Shown: positions 59,748-64,000 of the stretch, in pieces
Layout of the letters: each line of letters opens with the position of its first letter
Position numbering within the stretch: position 1 is the first letter of the stretch
DNA from: an uncultured Rikenellaceae bacterium
GTDB taxonomy: Bacteria > Bacteroidota > Bacteroidia > Bacteroidales > VadinHA17
NCBI GenBank assembly: GCA_964599235.1
Contig: CAZRDX010000040.1
Coordinates: forward strand, 9,666-73,665
Direction of reading: 5' to 3'
DNA length: 64,000 nt
Program-made: the position numbers and the translations under genes
The notes under the pieces: generated by a model
Told to the model about the DNA's origin: nothing
Databases searched by the model: none
What the model saw: the letters and a program-made list of their open reading frames with translations, nothing else

Positions 59748-61775
59748 TCACAATTTTTCAAAATAGCGGTCAGCCTCAAGCTTTTCTCCACCCGGTTCCT
59801 TCAGGGTCCACCTCAGCCCGTTACCCCCGGTGGCCTCAAAATATTCCAAACGAAAAGGCAGCATGCCCTTTTTCAGGTACACCTCTTTCTCACGGGCCGT
59901 GAACCCGTGCAATCCGTCATGATCGATCACCAAGCTGTCATCCAGGAACAGACGGGCCCCGTCATCCGACCAGAGCGAAAGCAGGTATTTCCCGGCACGG
60001 GGGATCTCGAGGAGTCCCGTGAACACAATGGCATAATGATCGGCCCGGGGTGCCACTGCCTGCAATGAGACATTCTCCACATAACCTTCTCTGAGAGGCT
60101 TCAGCTGCTTGAAATCAGGCAGGGAATCCCATTCGCCTTCGTAATAGCGGTACCTGACGGCCGGGAGATGTTCTTCACGGGCATTCAGCAGATGTACCGT
60201 CCCCGTGAAACTTTTTTTGACACCCTGAGCATTCAGTTGTTTCACGCGCATGATCGAGGAATGAGTTATACGGATGGGTGCTTCATAAACGGGAGAACCG
60301 GGGCCGGGCACACCATCGTCAAGCGTATAATGGATCTTCCCCGCTGTACTGTCTCCTTCGATGCACACGGTGACGGTGTCGACGAAAAGGATCCGGTCAC
60401 CCCGATGACCAGAAAGAGTGCGGACGGCGGGTGCCGGCACCAGCGGGAATGCTTTTCCTTTCACCTTGAGTGCCCAGGCATACCGGCAGGGACGCGCCAG
60501 TGAGTCTTGCAGAGCTTCCGGAAAAAGGATGCGAAGATCCTTCAATGGGGTCTCCTCCCACTGCAGAGGATCTTTCCAGCCCAACAGCATGATCCTGCTC
60601 TCCTGCTCCGGGACCACACTTTCCAGCACAAGTTCACGACCTGGCCATTCAGTAAGCAGAGGATACACGAAAATACTGTCTTTTGACATTGTAAAACGCA
60701 CATGGTCACCCTCTCCACTATACCGGAACGAACGAGTGTTGTAGACGGCTTCACCATTGATCTTCATCCAGGCTCCCATTTCACGCAGACGCGCGGCGCT
60801 GGGTGCGGGGATCACTCCTTTTTCATCCGGCCCCACGTTCAGGAGGAAATTCCCGCCTTTTGAGACGATGTCGATCAGATAACCGATGAGCTGGTCCGTG
60901 CTTTTCCAGTTGTGGTCGTTTTTCTTATATCCCCAGGAACCGTTCATTGTCATGCAGGTTTCCCAGGGGTATCCCGGATCGTGGTCGGGGATGCCTTGTT
61001 CGGGGGTCCCGAAATCACCTGCATAACCTTTGCCTTTGTTCAGTCCCTGCATCCCGAGGCGTCCTTTGCCCACACGGTTGTTGACGATGATATCGGGTTG
61101 CAGGTCCCTCACAAAATCGTAAAGTTCCCGCCCCTGTTCCTCGGTCCATTCGGGGATCCATTCACCGTCGAACCACAGGACAGCCACCTTGCCGTAACGG
61201 GTGAGCAGCTCCCGCAGTTGGGGTTTCATGTATTCCTCCCTGTATCTTGGGAAACTGTCTCCCCGGGCCCACGGATGGTGCCAGTCCATGATGGAATAAT
61301 AGAAACCCAGGGGCATTTCCTCTTCCTCACATGCATCCGCCAGCTCTTTGAGCACATCCCGATGGAAAGAAGTGAAATCCACGATGTTGTATAGAGAGAG
61401 ACGTGTGTGCCACATACAAAAGCCATCGTGGTGTTTGGCGGTTATGATGATGTAACGCATCCCGGCCTCTTTGGCCAGCCGCACCCAGCGCCGCGCGTCA
61501 AAATCAACGGGATTGAACCGACGAGCAGCCTCTTCATACTCCTCTTTCGGTATTTTCATTGTGTACATGATCCATTCTGCTCCTCCCGGAGCGGTCCGGC
61601 CTTTGTATTCCCCACCGAACACAGCATACGGCCCCCAGTGGATGAACATCCCAAAACGGGCATCATGCCACCATTCCATACGTTCATCACCGGAAAATGC
61701 CGTAGACCGATGATCACAGGAGAACAAAAGGGAAATGAACAGAAGAACGCCCGGTAATGTCAAGAATCTTTTCAT
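59748..61775 (-). CDS. GH29 alpha-L-fucosidase lipoprotein with C-terminal CHB_HEX_C-like and PA14 domains
   Basis: Lipobox LLFSC. GH29 motif [31 protein letters not shown] unit and PA14-like tail [27 protein letters not shown]. Confidence 0.9.
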   Translation of the reverse strand: MKRFLTLPGVLLFISLLFSCDHRSTAFSGDERMEWWHDARFGMFIHWGPYAVFGGEYKGRTAPGGAEWIMYTMKIPKEEYEEAARRFNPVDFDARRWVRLAKEAGMRYIIITAKHHDGFCMWHTRLSLYNIVDFTSFHRDVLKELADACEEEEMPLGFYYSIMDWHHPWARGDSFPRYREEYMKPQLRELLTRYGKVAVLWFDGEWIPEWTEEQGRELYDFVRDLQPDIIVNNRVGKGRLGMQGLNKGKGYAGDFGTPEQGIPDHDPGYPWETCMTMNGSWGYKKNDHNWKSTDQLIGYLIDIVSKGGNFLLNVGPDEKGVIPAPSAARLREMGAWMKINGEAVYNTRSFRYSGEGDHVRFTMSKDSIFVYPLLTEWPGRELVLESVVPEQESRIMLLGWKDPLQWEETPLKDLRILFPEALQDSLARPCRYAWALKVKGKAFPLVPAPAVRTLSGHRGDRILFVDTVTVCIEGDSTAGKIHYTLDDGVPGPGSPVYEAPIRITHSSIMRVKQLNAQGVKKSFTGTVHLLNAREEHLPAVRYRYYEGEWDSLPDFKQLKPLREGYVENVSLQAVAPRADHYAIVFTGLLEIPRAGKYLLSLWSDDGARLFLDDSLVIDHDGLHGFTAREKEVYLKKGMLPFRLEYFEATGGNGLRWTLKEPGGEKLEADRYFEKL

Positions 61776-62239
61776 GGTGTCTGATGGTTTTTCCGTTCAA
61801 GAATCTTTTGGAGCATATTTTCAAAGTTGTTGGCATAATCGATCCACTCGTGGATGATCTTTTTCAATGACGAGGTCAGATTGTTCTGCAAGGTCAGGGT
61901 GCGGTATGACATCTCTTTCAGGAGACGGACCGTCTCCAGTTGTTTTTCCGAATAAACTTTCGGAAGATTTCCTGTCAGGAAGAAGTAGCGTTTTCTTTTC
62001 CCGCTGATCGTTCTGTAATCGACCAGTTTGTTGTCGATGAGATATTTGAGAGAGTTGCTCACCGTACTTTTGCTGGTCCCGAAAAAAGCAACGATCTCGT
62101 CAAAGGTTTTTTCGGGCTCACTGCCGGCCGAAAGATAGCCCATGATCCTCCCCTGCATGGGGTTGAACCCCATCAAATCAAATAATTTACCCATTTCTTC
62201 CACATACTGCCTCAAGGGCAATTGATCTCTGTTTTCCAT
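61772..62239 (-). CDS. GbsR/MarR-type winged-helix transcriptional regulator
   Basis: 155 aa. FDEIVAFFGTSKSTVSNSLKYLIDNKLVD is an HTH-like segment. The stop overlaps the fucosidase ATG (ATGA). Confidence 0.72.
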   Translation of the reverse strand: MENRDQLPLRQYVEEMGKLFDLMGFNPMQGRIMGYLSAGSEPEKTFDEIVAFFGTSKSTVSNSLKYLIDNKLVDYRTISGKRKRYFFLTGNLPKVYSEKQLETVRLLKEMSYRTLTLQNNLTSSLKKIIHEWIDYANNFENMLQKILERKNHQTP

Positions 62240-62409
62240 ATATATCTATATGTCAGTTTGTTGTAGATTTGATCCAAAATTAATGCATTTATCTCAGTTC
62301 TCCTAATTTAGAACCAATAATACAGAAAAACTTTTGAGGTTTTGAACAAAACTTATACATTTACGACGTTTTTCAAGAGGGTATGCATACGAAATAAAGC
62401 CATAAGAAA

Positions 62410-63804
62410 ATGGAAAAAGAGAAAGCGAAAAAGAAGAAAGGTGTCCGCAGGCGCGATTTCATGAAGAAGAGCGTATTGAGCGGAGCCGCACTCTCCATGG
62501 TGCCGAATTTCACCTATGCCCGTTCACTGAGCAAGAACAAGAAAAAAGAGGAAGGGAAAGTCTCCATTGCGTTCATAGGTGTGGGAGGACGTGGCCGTTC
62601 TCATTTGCGTAATATCATGAAAAGGGATGATGTAATCATCCCTGCCATATGTGATATTGATCCTGAAGCGATCCGTCTCTCTCTCAACATGATGAAGAAG
62701 GCCGGTTATCCCAAGCCGGAAGTGTATGATCAGGGGGAATACGCATTCCTGAAGCTGCTGGAGCGGGAGGATGTTGACGGTGTGGTGATCGCCACACCCT
62801 GGAACTGGCACACCCCCATGGCCGTAGCTTCCATGAAAGCCGGAAAGTATGCCGGTGTCGAGGTTTCGGCCGCCACCACAATGCAGGAGTGTTGGGATCT
62901 GGTGGACACATATGAAGAGACCGGGGTTCCTACCATGATCCTGGAGAATGTGTGTTACCGCAGGGATGTGATGGCCGTGCTCAACATGGTCCGTCAGAAC
63001 GTTTTCGGGGAACTGACCCATATGCGTTGCGGCTACCGTCACGATCTTCGTGCGGTAAAATTCAATCCGGGCGTCACTTTCGGGGAAGGGGCCCGTGGTG
63101 AAGCCCGTTGGAGGACGCAGCATTCGCTCAAGCGCAACGCCGATCTTTATCCCACCCATGGTGTCGGGCCGGTGGCCACATGGCTCAACATCAACCGGGG
63201 CAACCGTTTTCTTTATCTCACCTCGCATGCCACCAAGAGCAGGGGACTGCACCGTTACATTGTCAACAACCCGGCCGGCGGACCCGATCACCCCAATGCC
63301 AAGCTGAAATGGCGGCTGGGAGACATCGTCACCTCTCTGATCACCACCTACAACGGCGAAACCATCCTGGTCACTCACGACACCAACTCACCCAAACCCT
63401 ATTCGCTCGATTTCAGCATTCAGGGTACCAACGGTCTGGCTGATTTCGATTACAACCGCCAGCGCATCTACATTGAAGGCAAGTCTCCCAAGCACGATCA
63501 GTGGGAAGCCATGAACGAATGGTTCAAGAAATATGATCATCCCCTCTGGAAACGGTTCGGTGAGTATGCAGCCGGATCGGGCCATGGCGGGATGGACTTT
63601 TTCGTTGACAGGGCGTTCGTAGAGTCGGTGAAACGCAAGGTCGAACCGCCCCTTGATGTATACGATGCAGCTGCATGGAGCGCCATCACACCGCTCTCGG
63701 AAAGATCTCTGGCAGAAGGCAGCGCCCCCCAGTACTTCCCCGATTTCACCCGTGGGCGCTGGATCAACAGAAAACCGGTATTCGCCCTCAACGACGACTA
63801 CTGA
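62410..63804 (+). CDS. Tat-exported Gfo/Idh/MocA oxidoreductase, GH109-like
   Basis: Twin-arginine signal RRRDFMKKSVLSGAALSMV and Rossmann IAFIGVGGRGRSH. Size and architecture are as in NAD-dependent GH109 glycosidases. Confidence 0.78.
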   Translation: MEKEKAKKKKGVRRRDFMKKSVLSGAALSMVPNFTYARSLSKNKKKEEGKVSIAFIGVGGRGRSHLRNIMKRDDVIIPAICDIDPEAIRLSLNMMKKAGYPKPEVYDQGEYAFLKLLEREDVDGVVIATPWNWHTPMAVASMKAGKYAGVEVSAATTMQECWDLVDTYEETGVPTMILENVCYRRDVMAVLNMVRQNVFGELTHMRCGYRHDLRAVKFNPGVTFGEGARGEARWRTQHSLKRNADLYPTHGVGPVATWLNINRGNRFLYLTSHATKSRGLHRYIVNNPAGGPDHPNAKLKWRLGDIVTSLITTYNGETILVTHDTNSPKPYSLDFSIQGTNGLADFDYNRQRIYIEGKSPKHDQWEAMNEWFKKYDHPLWKRFGEYAAGSGHGGMDFFVDRAFVESVKRKVEPPLDVYDAAAWSAITPLSERSLAEGSAPQYFPDFTRGRWINRKPVFALNDDY

Positions 63805-63854
63805 TCCTTTTTTAAACCCTATCTCTGAATCTGAACACAACTAAACAACCAATC

Positions 63855-64000
63855 ATGACAGACGTCCAGAACGGAAACAAAAAGGATTATACCATTGCGA
63901 TCACCATTATCGGTATCCTCTTTTTCATCTTCGGGTTCGTGACATGGCTCAATGCCACGCTCATCCCTTATTTACGCACAGCCTGCGAACTGACCTCTTT
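63855..64000 (+). CDS. Sugar MFS transporter (FucP/GluP family), 3' end cut by the window edge
   Basis: N-terminus AITIIGILFFIFGFVTWLNATLIPYLRTACELT resembles the first TM and LND/LIP region of fucose and glucose/galactose permeases. Only 48 codons are visible. Confidence 0.65.
   Translation, partial: MTDVQNGNKKDYTIAITIIGILFFIFGFVTWLNATLIPYLRTACELTS

Noticed and set aside
62237-62252. AT-rich imperfect dyad CATATA-tatc-TATATG overlapping the start codon of the GbsR-like regulator
   Set aside because: It is low-complexity TA-repeat sequence with short arms, indistinguishable from chance.

Overview
Gene-dense 64-kb chromosomal segment that looks like a Bacteroidota genome. The pointers are rpmB-rpmG-DUF4295-ftsY synteny, TTTG/TAnnTTTG promoter boxes, a CarboxypepD_reg-type TonB-dependent receptor, many lipobox lipoproteins and pyrG-yidC adjacency. 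I call about 50 protein genes, two tRNAs (Gly-CCC, Thr-CGU) and RNase P RNA. Most genes are housekeeping: gyrA, clpC, rimO, ftsY, L28/L33, cinA, fabG, cobB, sucD, yidC, pyrG. The rest are mainly glycerol and sugar catabolism: glpK-glpD; LacI-kduI-kduD-DUF4861 with a divergent eda; and fucK, fucI, a GH29 fucosidase, a GH109-like oxidoreductase and fucP. I saw no CRISPR array, transposase, integrase, phage module or recognisable defence gene. The best candidate for an undescribed system is the tightly packed minus-strand operon 31334-21104. It encodes an RDD membrane protein, a TonB-dependent receptor with no SusD partner, a MacB/LolE-type FtsX permease and its ATPase with no HlyD or TolC partner, a 1451-aa multidomain lipoprotein, and a 364-aa protein with no motif I recognise. 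The lipoprotein combines two PQQ/BamB-like propellers, an Fn3-like unit, a methyltransferase-like insert, two CHB_HEX_C-like units and PA14. Secondary oddities: a glycosyltransferase-flippase-maltoporin operon; a paralogous lipoprotein pair with an M48 protease; a 16-bp perfect LacI-type operator; RNase P RNA overlapping the 3' end of a kinase gene; and three convergent gene pairs with 3 nt or less between stops. All family assignments come from motif recognition by eye. No database search or folding program was run.
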